Assembly (NCBI GenBank): GCA_029258885.1
Contig: JAPDJW010000001.1
Span: forward strand, 192,001-256,000
Direction: 5' to 3'
Length of the DNA stretch: 64,000 bases
From: Thermoproteota archaeon
GTDB taxonomy: Archaea > Thermoproteota > Thermoprotei > Thermofilales > B9-G17
The first letter of the stretch is position 1; every line of letters starts with the position of its first letter. Positions 17,701 through 26,699 of this stretch are shown here, in pieces. The notes under the pieces are model-generated. The model was not told the DNA's origin, ran no database searches, and worked only from the letters and a program-made list of their open reading frames with translations. The translations under genes and the position numbers were made by a program.

Positions 17701-19334
17701 TTGTCTTTAATAAGGCATACATTTCGTCCATCTAAGCATGCCGTAAGTTGGCATCTAATAGCTGTATCATTAAGTCCACCATACTGAAGTATGGCAGCTC
17801 CGTTCTCATCAGTCTTTGAATGTATACCATTTAAAGTATCGACAATAAAGATTCCTTGCGCAGGTGTTCCATTAAACCATATTACATTAACTCTTACGGT
17901 TATGTTATCTCCACTGTTAACCCAGAAGCTCCGAGTATTTTCATCGAAGTATTTATCTGAATTCAGCCCTGCAAATACCACACCATGCCATGTGATTGAA
18001 AATAATTTAGTTGCAGAAATATGTGTATATGGTATAGACGCTGTGACACTATAGTTCCTTCTGCCGACGTTATTCTCATAGATCATAAAAGTAGTTTCCC
18101 CCCATGAATTGGTGACGTTCTTTACCCCTGTAGGCTTAAGAAAGACTTCAGCACTAGTTACAGGCGAGCTATTGTGAACCCATTTTAACAGTATGTTAAT
18201 GCGCATTTGATTTCCTATGCAATAGTCGGTTGGATGAAGTACATCTATACATACATCTGTGACTATAATTCGTGCAATTTTGAATCCGCATCTCGTTTCA
18301 TTGTACCATAGTGCACCTACCCAAAACTCTCCATAGGTTTCCGGTGCCGTTATTTTATAGCCATCGGCTTCACCTATTATATTGTAATAGGCATCGTAAA
18401 GAATGAGCTTTATACGTCCACCTGAAATGTTTCCGAGGAGCATTACGTCAATCATTTCCCTAGGCTTAAAATAGTTGTCAGCATGCCCCCTATAGCATGG
18501 TATAACTTTACTAATGGTATTTCTAGACCTAAATTGAAGAACATGGCTCTTACGAGCATTAAACGTAATGTTCCTTCCGGTAGCTACCCCATCTAACCTT
18601 ATATCGAAGTAAAATGATGGTAGGTATATGAAACCACTTTCATATAGGTCGCTGGAATTTATGCTAACCATATGCTCTACATTTTCGCTCGTTGTAAGGT
18701 ATGCCTCATGCCTGGCCGTAGAGTTATCGTAGATGACTAGGGAGAGCTGACTTATGGTTAGACGTGAATTAACGTATGAACATTCTGTTCCTGAGGTATA
18801 GAATATGAATGAAAGCCTTAATTTCCCTCTTTTTCCAGTAATAACGTTAAACCTATACCTAGTAGAATTTCTGTTTAAAAATATATCATTCCTGTAAACC
18901 TCTTCTCCATTAAGGGTTAAAACGAGCTTTAATTTGCTTATGTATGAAGCGTTTTCCCTCGTTATTGCTTGCAACATCGCATAGAAGGATATTGTAATTC
19001 TCCAGTTTCCAGCTATAACGGTAGTGGATATATTGGATTTAATATATGCGCCTTTAGCAAGAATTATATGGTTAAGCATAATCTTTTTATCCTTAGCTAG
19101 GTAGCGTACGTACGCATCTCCCTTTTTCTCGAATGTATGGCTCAGCTGTCTTCCACTAATGTCTAAAGATCTAGCTAAGGTAACATAGATCCCGCTAAGC
19201 TCTATTCTATGCGTAGGAGAACTAATTGCTGTCACAAAAGTATAGCTATCTGACAAAAATATAATGCTAAATAGGAGAATTAAAGTGAAAACATGAACTA
19301 TTCTGTTTGTAATAAATATTCCAGGTTGAATCAA
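14778..19334 (-). CDS. Large secreted, membrane-anchored cell-surface protein with ~95-aa beta-rich repeats (1518 aa)
   Basis: N-terminal signal peptide, many N-x-S/T sequons, recurring W-x-H-N motif, C-terminal TM helix followed by KFRK. Confidence 0.85.
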   Translation of the reverse strand: MIQPGIFITNRIVHVFTLILLFSIIFLSDSYTFVTAISSPTHRIELSGIYVTLARSLDISGRQLSHTFEKKGDAYVRYLAKDKKIMLNHIILAKGAYIKSNISTTVIAGNWRITISFYAMLQAITRENASYISKLKLVLTLNGEEVYRNDIFLNRNSTRYRFNVITGKRGKLRLSFIFYTSGTECSYVNSRLTISQLSLVIYDNSTARHEAYLTTSENVEHMVSINSSDLYESGFIYLPSFYFDIRLDGVATGRNITFNARKSHVLQFRSRNTISKVIPCYRGHADNYFKPREMIDVMLLGNISGGRIKLILYDAYYNIIGEADGYKITAPETYGEFWVGALWYNETRCGFKIARIIVTDVCIDVLHPTDYCIGNQMRINILLKWVHNSSPVTSAEVFLKPTGVKNVTNSWGETTFMIYENNVGRRNYSVTASIPYTHISATKLFSITWHGVVFAGLNSDKYFDENTRSFWVNSGDNITVRVNVIWFNGTPAQGIFIVDTLNGIHSKTDENGAAILQYGGLNDTAIRCQLTACLDGRNVCLIKDNLGFSIVFTRIVIQVKSKEIANAGERVKVSIRAYWSHNGEEIGEIKTSIRSTDGLYTASGFLPLTLELTSDSICREIYTISIHTYPNGITYVSGKTRFSIAWTGLRLRLLNESLAWIEVGKTICICLNVSWAHNDTAVDRALFSLRGKSDLFQCINGILKVYLTENTTGIFSYKLYVINSPYNITKLYGDFIIRNITWTRIKFRVLNFTDTIPVGCEAQITLKAMWEHTHKDVKQLIIYINSSEIACNDTVVITLSEERIGKRNYTLSVLDPIHGFKSNNCFSFTITWIGPQLIPVRNLVWINSESTVYLRFYVRWNLTGYRIPEDYLVKCLSNELQAPVINGTAVISFKAPTGVHNLTFVVTYHGNNVSNIVKVSIISTEIIIKANAVSGFTDIDNEYIWANVNDTVVLSLKAYWGHNQREINEVPVEVCIPDLNITRTLLLPSFLEISSHRARCLQIYARLLTAVNNVSKFLIDTPRVIFTYIRLSSDCRIYLINDKASTTRVCLRATFAHNDKPVSITVICNEIGKRCALKNGTGVLALDLGGLIGSFKNLTLEIIPITPASHGIRAYIPCKINVLYSNIYMSITPERTLANVKEKILVNIGLNTTPDFSNRYNLLVTGPGVEIVLPLNGTKTGFNVSCNYPSDGIYQFYLLEKNSSRVIKLPYSLRLVFTGYSIKCREIYYIKGKIEMRIAVTWAHNGSYASNVDMVANVSGKAVEVEPGLYLLSINARDIRDASAIYISAEGPFSIRAINSLIIRVIGVYLNVVNVTGDNYLITVFLESNYPLNLLEIDNARVEKIADRIFKLEIKPSSNGTIELAVQRISCPGNKICLPLSRRVYRDKIIVNIVKHNMVKKYDRIIVYVKVYNPSKFLYLRNLSVRLENLEDGRTLNYTELKTLKPLEYRILQLSFHRLKVGREGIKLVISGENLCSVELRIPLNEDISMFDVVLVVFVALVASIAYFKFRKMNKLPS

Positions 19335-19493
19335 GCCCCCTTAACTTATTATCAAGTTTTAATATTACTCTGCGGGATACTATGGCGAGTATCTGTGCTC
19401 GTTATAGCGTTTGCCCCCAAAATAAAATAAAGGAGTTTATGCTGGCATGACAGGTTAATCATTAGAAGAAGCAAATATATACACGATGACCTG

Positions 19494-21038
19494 ATGATAT
19501 GGAAGGTGGATATAATGAGGATAAATGGTAAGCAACTAGGGTTATTTCTGGGACCATCTCTCTTTTTATTGCTTCTTCTAATTCCTCCTCTTCCATATAC
19601 AGATATCGTAGCCTCGAGGATCGACTTACCGTTTGATAAAGCCCCCCAGTACGCCTTAGGAGTTTTATTGTGGATGGCTGTATGGTGGATTAGCGAGTGT
19701 GTGCCACTGGGATTAACAGGCTTAATAGCACCATTAATGCTCTCGATAGCAGGCATCCTCGCATGGAAAAGTGCATTAATGGTGTTCATGCATCCAATAA
19801 TCTGGATATTCATGGCTGGCTTTATCCTAGCCAAATGTTTTAGCAAATGGGGTTTAGATAAAAGATTAGCCCTTTCACTTGCATCGATGTATAAGGGTAA
19901 CAATCCAATGCTAGCAACATTTTTCGTAGCATGTCTTCCCGTTTTCGTGTTAACGACAACTGGGTCGATAACTGCCTCAACGTCAATAGTATATCCGCTT
20001 CTACTTGCATATCTCAAAACGTTAAACCTGAGCGAAAAGAGCAGGTACGCTGAAGCAAGCATGATAGCGTTGGGTCAGGCGGCAACAGCAGGGGCAATGC
20101 TACTACTAATAAGCACGCCACCTAACCTAGTCGCAAAAATAGTACTTGAATCCATGGGTGAACAGTATTCTGTGAATTTCTTTGACTGGTTTATCGTAGG
20201 GACGCCCCATGCAATATTAGGGCTTCTAATATCTTGGCTTGTAACGTTCTATGTTGTTAAGCCTGAGATGAAGACAATAGAAAAGTTGAAGGAGAGAGTA
20301 GAGTTGGAGAAGAAAAAGCTGGGATCAATGAGTGCTGGCGAAAAGTTAACGTTAGTAGCTTTCGTTATGGTTCTAATATTATGGATGATTCCAGGTTTTT
20401 TAGCAATAGCATCTAGCATACGCCCAGAGTTGTCAAGCATTTACGGATATATTAAGCAGGCTCTTCCCGAAGCGGCACCAGTCGTAATACTAATGATCTA
20501 TGTATGTCTCATAAAAGTTAAAGGAGAGCCTATTTTGGAATGGAATGAATTGCTACGTGGAATAGATTGGAACGTAGTTTTCCTCTTCGGAGGAGGAATA
20601 GCGCTAGGCTCAGGATTAGATAAAAGTGGTTTTTCATCATGGCTGGTCGAAATAGTTACCCAAAACGTCACGTTCATAAATGATGTATGGACGCTAACCC
20701 TAATTACGTCAGTTATAGGTTTCCTAATAACCTATCCTGCATCTAATACAGCATCGGCATGGATTGCATGTCCAATAGCGGTAACACTGGCTAGAAGTGC
20801 TGGAATAAATCCAATAATACCCGTAATAGCTACAGCGCTAGCATGTTCGATTTCAAGCGCGCTCCCGTCAACAACGCCGCCTATGGCGATAGTATACAGC
20901 TCAGGGTATATCAGAATGTGGAATATGTTTAAAGTAGGGATGATATCGGATACGATAAGGTTTATAATACTTATAGTACTGGAGCCGATGCTGGTCTCTA
21001 TGTTATGTGGCATGAAGGGATTTCCCGTGTATATGTAA
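19494..21038 (+). CDS. DASS/SLC13-family sodium:dicarboxylate or sulfate symporter
   Basis: WWISECVPLG.TGL, ISTPPN, LFGGGIALG, SNTASA, LP.TTPP.AIVY motifs. Confidence 0.9.
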   Translation: MIWKVDIMRINGKQLGLFLGPSLFLLLLLIPPLPYTDIVASRIDLPFDKAPQYALGVLLWMAVWWISECVPLGLTGLIAPLMLSIAGILAWKSALMVFMHPIIWIFMAGFILAKCFSKWGLDKRLALSLASMYKGNNPMLATFFVACLPVFVLTTTGSITASTSIVYPLLLAYLKTLNLSEKSRYAEASMIALGQAATAGAMLLLISTPPNLVAKIVLESMGEQYSVNFFDWFIVGTPHAILGLLISWLVTFYVVKPEMKTIEKLKERVELEKKKLGSMSAGEKLTLVAFVMVLILWMIPGFLAIASSIRPELSSIYGYIKQALPEAAPVVILMIYVCLIKVKGEPILEWNELLRGIDWNVVFLFGGGIALGSGLDKSGFSSWLVEIVTQNVTFINDVWTLTLITSVIGFLITYPASNTASAWIACPIAVTLARSAGINPIIPVIATALACSISSALPSTTPPMAIVYSSGYIRMWNMFKVGMISDTIRFIILIVLEPMLVSMLCGMKGFPVYM

Positions 21039-23762
21039 TTATTTTCGTCGTATTCTCTTTTCTAATTTGTTTTCAAGTCTTAGGTAAGGTTTAGGATATA
21101 GTATAAGGCTTAAGCAGGCGAATGGTACCAATAGTAACCAGTCAGTTAATGTAAGAGGGGCGGTGTCAAAGAAGTAGTTAAGGAGTGGAACATAAATTAT
21201 GCTAAGGTGAAGGATAAGCGCTGTTATCACTGATACCACCAGCATTTTGTTCGCGGTAACGTTTTTCCAGGAACTAAATATGTATGTTTCTTCCGATCTA
21301 CATATAAACGCTAGAATTAACTCAAATAAGATAGCCTGTGTAAATGCTAGCGTTCTTGCTTCATCGAGTGTCTCCTTCATCTGCAGTGCTATGTAAAATG
21401 GTGTAAGCCACGAAATGAGTGCAAGTATTACCGATGCAATGATGAATACTATCATGCCATGATAAATTTCCTCACCAGGATCCCTAGGTTTCTTTTTCAT
21501 AATCCCCTCATCCGGAGGATCCATACCCAGCGCTAGAGCTGGTAATCCGTCAGTTACCAAGTTTATCCATAGAATCTGCTTTGGAGTAAATGGTAGGGGC
21601 AGGTCTAGGAGCGCTGCAAAGAATACAACGAATATTTCATCCCAATTAACTGATAGAAGTAGCCTTAGGAATTTCCTTATATTCTCATATATCGTTCTGC
21701 CCTCCTTTATGGCTGAAACTATTGTAGCGAAGTTATCGTCCGCTAAAATTAAGTCGGCAGCTTCCCTCGTAACATCCGATCCTCTGATGCCCATCGCAAT
21801 ACCTATATCAGCTTTTTTCACCGACGGTGCATCGTTAACACCGTCCCCTGTCATAGCTACTATGTGCCCTTTCCTCTTCAAAGCGTCGATAATCCTAAGT
21901 TTATGTTCCGGCGACACCCTAGCATAAATTCTAACCTCATCAACTAACTTAAGGAATTCTTCATCACTTAAACTATCTATATCTTTTCCAGTAAGGACTA
22001 CTGTATCACTTTCATCCTTAATTAAACCTATCTCCTTAGCAATAGCTACGGCCGTTTCCTTATGGTCTCCGGTAACCATTATGACAGTTATTCCCGCTTC
22101 CTCTGCAACCTTGATAGCCTCTTTAACTTCAGGTCTAGGAGGATCAATCATTCCCACTAGCCCGAGCAGAATTATATTTCGCTCTAAATCACCTTCGGAT
22201 TTATATTCAATTGAGAGAGGCCTATATCCGATAGCTAATACTCTTAAGGCCTTCTTGGCCATGGATCTAGCTGTTAGAAGAATTTTTTCCTTTTCTTCCT
22301 TCGATATCTCATATACCTTGCCAGCTTTCTCGATATATTTGGCTCTCTCAACTATGACTTCCGGAGCTCCCTTTATGAAGAGCATAATTTCCCCATCGGC
22401 TCGTCTATGTATTGTACTCATCCTCTTCCTAATCGAGTCGAAAGGAATCTCATCTATTCTAACGTACTCTTTCTCAAGTTTCTCCTTGCTGAGTCCCGCC
22501 TTTTCAGCTAAAACAACTAGAGCTCCTTCTGTTGGATCACCTATAATTCTCCATTCTTTATCGTAGAATTCCAGCCTAGCATCATTACATAATGCACCTG
22601 CAAGAATTAGCTTCATAAGCGTAACATCTTCTTTCGGGTTAATGACTCTATTTTTAAGATAAAATTTTCCTTTAGGCTCATATCCCGTGCCAGTTACATG
22701 TACTCTTCTATCCCAAACATATATTTCCCTCACCGTCATCTCATTTTTCGTCAGCGTACCCGTCTTGTCGGTACATATAACGGTGGAACTGCCGAGAGTC
22801 TCTACGGAGGATAGCCGCCTAACTATGGCGTTTTTCCTAGCCATCCTCTGAACGCCTATTGCAAGGGTAACTGTTACAACTGCTGGCAACCCCTCAGGCA
22901 CGGCCGAGACTGCCAGGCTTATGGCTGTTAGGAGCATATCAATAATACTTGCTCCCTCAAGTAAACATTCAAGTCCAGCTAGTGCTGACAAAAATACTAT
23001 GACGATGGCTAAGATTCTGCCGAACTTTTCAAGTTTTCTTTGAAGGGGCGTTTCCTCCTCTTCTTCCTGAAGCATTGAAGCTATTTTCCCGAATTCGGTG
23101 TTCATCCCTGTTGCTGTTACGACAGCTTTTCCTCTACCATAAACTACTGTAGTAGCCATGTAAACCATATTCCTCCTTTCATGTATGGGTGTGTGGGGAT
23201 CTTCCAAGGGTTCAGTAAACTTGGATACCGGAACCGATTCCCCAGTAAGGATCGATTCATCGACTCTAAGGTTTACTGCTTCAATTAATCTGGCATCAGC
23301 TGGAACCTTGTTTCCAACCTCAAGAATAATGATATCTCCTGGAACGACTTCTCGGGAGGGTATGGTTATCTCCCTACCGTTTCTAATAACGATAGCTTTC
23401 GGTGAGGCGAGCTTTTTCAACGCTTCTAACGCCTTCTCTGCTCTATATTCCTGAATGAAACCCAATACGGCGTTAAGGATAACAATTACCATTATTACAA
23501 TGGCATCTTCCATCTCGCCAACGAATACCGATATGACTACAGAAGCGAGCAATATCAATACGAGAATGCTTTTAAATTGCTCGAGAAATATTGAAAGGAC
23601 TCCACGTCTCTTTTCCACTAGGATTTCATTGTAGCCATATTCTATAAGCCTCTTCCTTGCCTCTTTCTCATCCAAACCATGGGTAGAAGATGTTTGAAAA
23701 TACTCAATAACTTCCTTAATATCCATTACGTGAAAATTATTATACAAGATAGTATCACCCAA
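21039..23762 (-). CDS. P-type IIA (Ca2+-type) cation-translocating ATPase
   Basis: TGES, AVPEGLP, ICTDKTGTLT, KGAPE, DPPR, MVTGD, TGDGVND, INLVTDGLPALALG motifs. Confidence 0.95.
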   Translation of the reverse strand: MGDTILYNNFHVMDIKEVIEYFQTSSTHGLDEKEARKRLIEYGYNEILVEKRRGVLSIFLEQFKSILVLILLASVVISVFVGEMEDAIVIMVIVILNAVLGFIQEYRAEKALEALKKLASPKAIVIRNGREITIPSREVVPGDIIILEVGNKVPADARLIEAVNLRVDESILTGESVPVSKFTEPLEDPHTPIHERRNMVYMATTVVYGRGKAVVTATGMNTEFGKIASMLQEEEEETPLQRKLEKFGRILAIVIVFLSALAGLECLLEGASIIDMLLTAISLAVSAVPEGLPAVVTVTLAIGVQRMARKNAIVRRLSSVETLGSSTVICTDKTGTLTKNEMTVREIYVWDRRVHVTGTGYEPKGKFYLKNRVINPKEDVTLMKLILAGALCNDARLEFYDKEWRIIGDPTEGALVVLAEKAGLSKEKLEKEYVRIDEIPFDSIRKRMSTIHRRADGEIMLFIKGAPEVIVERAKYIEKAGKVYEISKEEKEKILLTARSMAKKALRVLAIGYRPLSIEYKSEGDLERNIILLGLVGMIDPPRPEVKEAIKVAEEAGITVIMVTGDHKETAVAIAKEIGLIKDESDTVVLTGKDIDSLSDEEFLKLVDEVRIYARVSPEHKLRIIDALKRKGHIVAMTGDGVNDAPSVKKADIGIAMGIRGSDVTREAADLILADDNFATIVSAIKEGRTIYENIRKFLRLLLSVNWDEIFVVFFAALLDLPLPFTPKQILWINLVTDGLPALALGMDPPDEGIMKKKPRDPGEEIYHGMIVFIIASVILALISWLTPFYIALQMKETLDEARTLAFTQAILFELILAFICRSEETYIFSSWKNVTANKMLVVSVITALILHLSIIYVPLLNYFFDTAPLTLTDWLLLVPFACLSLILYPKPYLRLENKLEKRIRRK

Positions 23763-23799
23763 CTAAGAAAAAATAAAAAGGTACTAGCGGGCATAGGTT

Positions 23800-24075
23800 T
23801 TATTCCTGCTTTACTAGCACTATTTCAATTGTAGAGACCATTCTCTCTTTTCCAGGCTCTCCTACCTTCTCGCTTGAAATAGTTATGCTCTCCTCCTTAA
23901 CTTTGCCCGGAAATATTCTCTTAACCATCTCAGCAGTATCTACGGCCTTTGAGATCGCTCTCCCTCTTGCTTTAATCACCACCTTCTCCGTACCCATTGA
24001 AAACTGTGTAACAACTGCTAGAACATAGTTCGACGTTGGCTTAGCTCCTATAAGAACTGCTGCCTCCTGGGACAT
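23800..24075 (-). CDS. albA: DNA/RNA-binding protein Alba
   Basis: VLIGAKP..NYVLA, KARGRAISKAVD, VSTIEI.L. The start is placed at ATG 24075 behind a GGTGA RBS. Confidence 0.95.
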   Translation of the reverse strand: MSQEAAVLIGAKPTSNYVLAVVTQFSMGTEKVVIKARGRAISKAVDTAEMVKRIFPGKVKEESITISSEKVGEPGKERMVSTIEIVLVKQE

Positions 24076-24249
24076 TGTTGTCACCTTGCACATCATTTTA
24101 TGATTGAATATTTAAAAGTTTCGACCAATATTCCGCATATGTTTGCATTTTAACGTTTGATTGTGGACGCATCAGCAAGAGTGAAATGATTCGTTTAAAT
24201 GTTTAAGCGCTATACATATAGGTATGTCTTTTAAACATTTTATAATTGG

Positions 24250-24296
24250 ATGATGAGGTCTCAATTCGGATTAGTGAAGTTAAGAGAGTCAGCTGA
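24250..24296 (+). ncRNA. Box C/D sRNA, predicted guide for 23S rRNA helix 69 (C1920 equivalent)
   Basis: C ATGATGA 24250-56, D' CGGA 24267-70, C' GTGAAG, D CTGA 24293-96. The D guide TTAAGAGAGTCAG is complementary to the conserved archaeal 23S sequence CUGACUCUCUUAA. Confidence 0.85.
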
Positions 24297-24438
24297 TGAC
24301 TACGAACATGCTTCTAACACATGATAGGACTGCTATGAAAGCGTGCTCTAATTCTTAACGTATCTTAAGCCTATTATCTTTGCATTCCCGCCCTACGCTA
24401 AAAGCTTATTTACCTATAAATTCGATAGAATACCCTGG

Positions 24439-25665
24439 GTGATGAATATGAGGAAAATCGTAGCTGATAGAATAGGCTTAATATCCTATGCGATTAGAGA
24501 GCTGGTTCCTCTCGCTAGGGAGATGGAGAGGAAGGGAGAGAAGGTAATTTACCTTAATATAGGAGATCCTCTTAAGTACGATTTTGATACTCCCCATCAT
24601 ATAAAGGAGGCATTGTATGAGGGTACTCTAAAGGGGTATAATTATTACTCTGTATCCGAGGGCCTCGATGAGCTACGCGAAGCAATTGCATACAAGGAAA
24701 AGAAGTTTAACGGCGTAGATATAACGGCAGAGGAAGTTATAGTAACGCAAGGTGTATCTGAGGCCATAGCATTCATCGCCGCAACTCTATTGAATTCGGG
24801 GGACGAAATACTTGTTCCTGACCCGACATACCCGCTATATCAGACGTATATACGGGTTTTTCATGGTAAGCCTGTTTTCTACGGCACCATTGAGGAGAAC
24901 GGATGGCAGCCTGATATAGATGACATAAGGAGTAAGATAAGCGAAAAAACTAAAGCAATAGTTATAATTAACCCTAATAATCCTACAGGGTCAGTCTACG
25001 ACGAAAAAACTGTAAAGGCCATCCTTGATGTAGCAGCTGAACACGACATAATTGTCGTCAGCGACGAAATCTATGATAGAATAGTTTTCGACGCTACGTT
25101 TAAGAGCACGGCCGCTCTTTCAAAGGATGTGCCAATAATAGGGTTAAACGGTTTCTCGAAGGTTTATCTAATGACTGGATGGAGACTCGGCTATATGTAC
25201 GTCTATGATCCCACGCAAAAGTATAGAGATATATTGGTTTCGGCGCTCGTAAAAATGGCGAGATGTAGACTATCGGCGTCCACTCCAGTCCAGTATGCAG
25301 GAATAGCTGCAATTAAAGGGCCACAGGACCATGTCAAGGACATGGTAGCTAAAATAAGGAGAAGAAGAGACTACTTGTACAAGCGTATATCCGAAATCGA
25401 TGGGATGTCGTCTATACTGCCTAAAGGAGCCTTCTACATATTCCCCAATATAAGCAGAATAGAAAAAGACGATAAATTGTTTGCATTAAAGCTTCTTAAG
25501 GAAGAAAAAGTTCTAGTAGTGCATGGTTCAGGCTTTGGGCCATCGGGAGCAGGTCATCTCAGAATAGTTCTCCTACCACCAATAGAACTGCTTGAAGAAG
25601 CAATGAGTAGAATAGAACATTTCATTAAGAAGACGTACGGAAATCGCGTGAGTAAAATTAATTAA
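24439..25665 (+). CDS. PLP-dependent class I/II aminotransferase (alanine aminotransferase-like)
   Basis: LNIGDP, NPNNPTG, SDEIYD, GFSKVYLMTGWRLG, GAFYIF motifs. Confidence 0.92.
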   Translation: MMNMRKIVADRIGLISYAIRELVPLAREMERKGEKVIYLNIGDPLKYDFDTPHHIKEALYEGTLKGYNYYSVSEGLDELREAIAYKEKKFNGVDITAEEVIVTQGVSEAIAFIAATLLNSGDEILVPDPTYPLYQTYIRVFHGKPVFYGTIEENGWQPDIDDIRSKISEKTKAIVIINPNNPTGSVYDEKTVKAILDVAAEHDIIVVSDEIYDRIVFDATFKSTAALSKDVPIIGLNGFSKVYLMTGWRLGYMYVYDPTQKYRDILVSALVKMARCRLSASTPVQYAGIAAIKGPQDHVKDMVAKIRRRRDYLYKRISEIDGMSSILPKGAFYIFPNISRIEKDDKLFALKLLKEEKVLVVHGSGFGPSGAGHLRIVLLPPIELLEEAMSRIEHFIKKTYGNRVSKIN

Positions 25666-25686
25666 GCAAAAATTCATCTATTTTAG

Positions 25687-25760
25687 GGGGCCGTAGTCCA
25701 GCCTGGTAGGATGCCTGGCTTGGGCCCAGGTGGTCCGGGGTTCAAATCCCCGCGGCCCCA
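25687..25760 (+). tRNA. tRNA-Pro(TGG)
   Basis: Acceptor stem GGGGCCG/CGGCCCC, anticodon arm CCTGG-CTTGGGC-CCAGG, T loop GGTTCAAATCC; no intron. Confidence 0.97.
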
Positions 25761-25858
25761 CCTTGAGTTTTTTCCAGTGTTTCTAGTGAACCCACCTACC
25801 TTGATAAGGTTATCAAGAGTACTAGCGTAATCTAAATAATTATAGAAGAAAAACAGAA

Positions 25859-25932
25859 TGGGCGGGGTGGGACTTGAACCCACGACCCTCCGGTCTTCAG
25901 CCGGATGCTCTCCCAGGCTGAGCTACCCGCCC
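25859..25932 (-). tRNA. tRNA-Phe(GAA)
   Basis: GGGCGGG acceptor stem, TCCGG-CTGAAGA-CCGGA anticodon arm, GGTTCAAGTCC T loop. Confidence 0.97.
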
Positions 25933-25961
25933 TAACTAACATAATATAATCTGTTCAGGGG

Positions 25962-25974
25962 TTATAAAAATTTC
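25962..25974 (-). promoter_or_regulatory. BRE/TATA promoter of tRNA-Phe
   Basis: Minus strand GAAA-TTTTTATAA about 30 nt upstream of the mature tRNA 5' end. Confidence 0.6.
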
Positions 25975-26019
25975 TCTGGATATGGTTAGAGCCCCGCTAT
26001 ATAAAAGGAGATACTAAGG

Positions 26020-26093
26020 CGCCGGGGGTGGGATTCGAACCCACGACCACGCGGTTAACAGCCGCGTGCTCTCCCAGGCTGAGCTACCCCGGC
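26020..26093 (-). tRNA. tRNA-Asn(GTT)
   Basis: GCCGGGG acceptor stem, CGCGG-CTGTTAA-CCGCG anticodon arm, GGTTCGAATCC T loop. Confidence 0.97.
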
Positions 26094-26127
26094 TGAAGGA
26101 AATCAGTGAATACTATCAGCAAATCGT

Positions 26128-26141
26128 TTAATAAAGTTTTC
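26128..26141 (-). promoter_or_regulatory. BRE/TATA promoter of tRNA-Asn
   Basis: Minus strand GAAAAC-TTTATTAA about 35 nt upstream of the tRNA. Confidence 0.55.
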
Positions 26142-26213
26142 TAGATTATTCAAGCCAGGTTGAGAGAATCCTAACCGTGAAAATACGAATAATTCGTGTC
26201 TTAGAATGGGAGG

Positions 26214-26298
26214 TGCGGGGGGTGGGATTCGAACCCACGTAGGCCTACGCCACCGGATCTTGAGTCCGGCCCCTTTGACCTAGCTCGGGCACCCCCGC
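26214..26298 (-). tRNA. tRNA-Leu(CAA)
   Basis: GCGGGGG acceptor stem, CCGGA-CTCAAGA-TCCGG anticodon arm, long variable arm, GGTTCGAATCC T loop. Confidence 0.97.
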
Positions 26299-26393
26299 CT
26301 ACGTATGATATACGCATTTTCCTATGTAACTTTTTTCTTCATTCTTTCGATAGTACTATAAATATTTTTGCTAAGAAAATATAGGGTGATCGA

Positions 26394-26699
26394 GTGAAAA
26401 AGGCTAAAGCAGTCGTATTTTTTATAGCATTACTCCTAGTTTTCATGTATAGGCCGAAGGCGTATGCAAGCCCCGAGGAGATAGTGATGAACGCAATCCA
26501 ATACGTTGAAAGCTTCTTAAAAACGGTATTAAACCGAATCTATTCGCTTGCGCTTGATGTAATGAGGTTAGCGTATAATGCAATGCTAGCTGTAGGTATA
26601 CTCCTATATGCCACGGGTTTCGATTCATTTAGAGGTAAAAGATTAATAGTAGGGGCACTAGTACTAGCAGCTGCAACCGAAGGGTTAGCGACAATCTAA
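26394..26699 (+). CDS. Small membrane protein, TrbC/VirB2-pilin-like topology
   Basis: Signal peptide ending AYA/S, amphipathic helix, hydrophobic helix, basic loop (RGKR), second hydrophobic helix at the C-terminus. Confidence 0.6.
   Translation: MKKAKAVVFFIALLLVFMYRPKAYASPEEIVMNAIQYVESFLKTVLNRIYSLALDVMRLAYNAMLAVGILLYATGFDSFRGKRLIVGALVLAAATEGLATI

Noticed and set aside
19480-19525. CTGATGA...ATGA near the DASS transporter start as a C/D sRNA
   Set aside because: There is no D box at canonical spacing, and the motifs coincide with the RBS and start region.
25800-25817. Perfect inverted repeat CTTGATAA-GG-TTATCAAG
   Set aside because: It is a single copy between convergent tRNAs with no second instance noticed, so no function can be supported.
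25683-25883. 66-aa minus-strand ORF
   Set aside because: It is the antisense reading of tRNA-Pro and overlaps tRNA-Phe.
26020-26240. Repeated GTGGGATTCGAACCCACG as a possible attL/attR pair
   Set aside because: Both copies are the T-arms of complete tRNA-Asn and tRNA-Leu genes, and no integrase is present.
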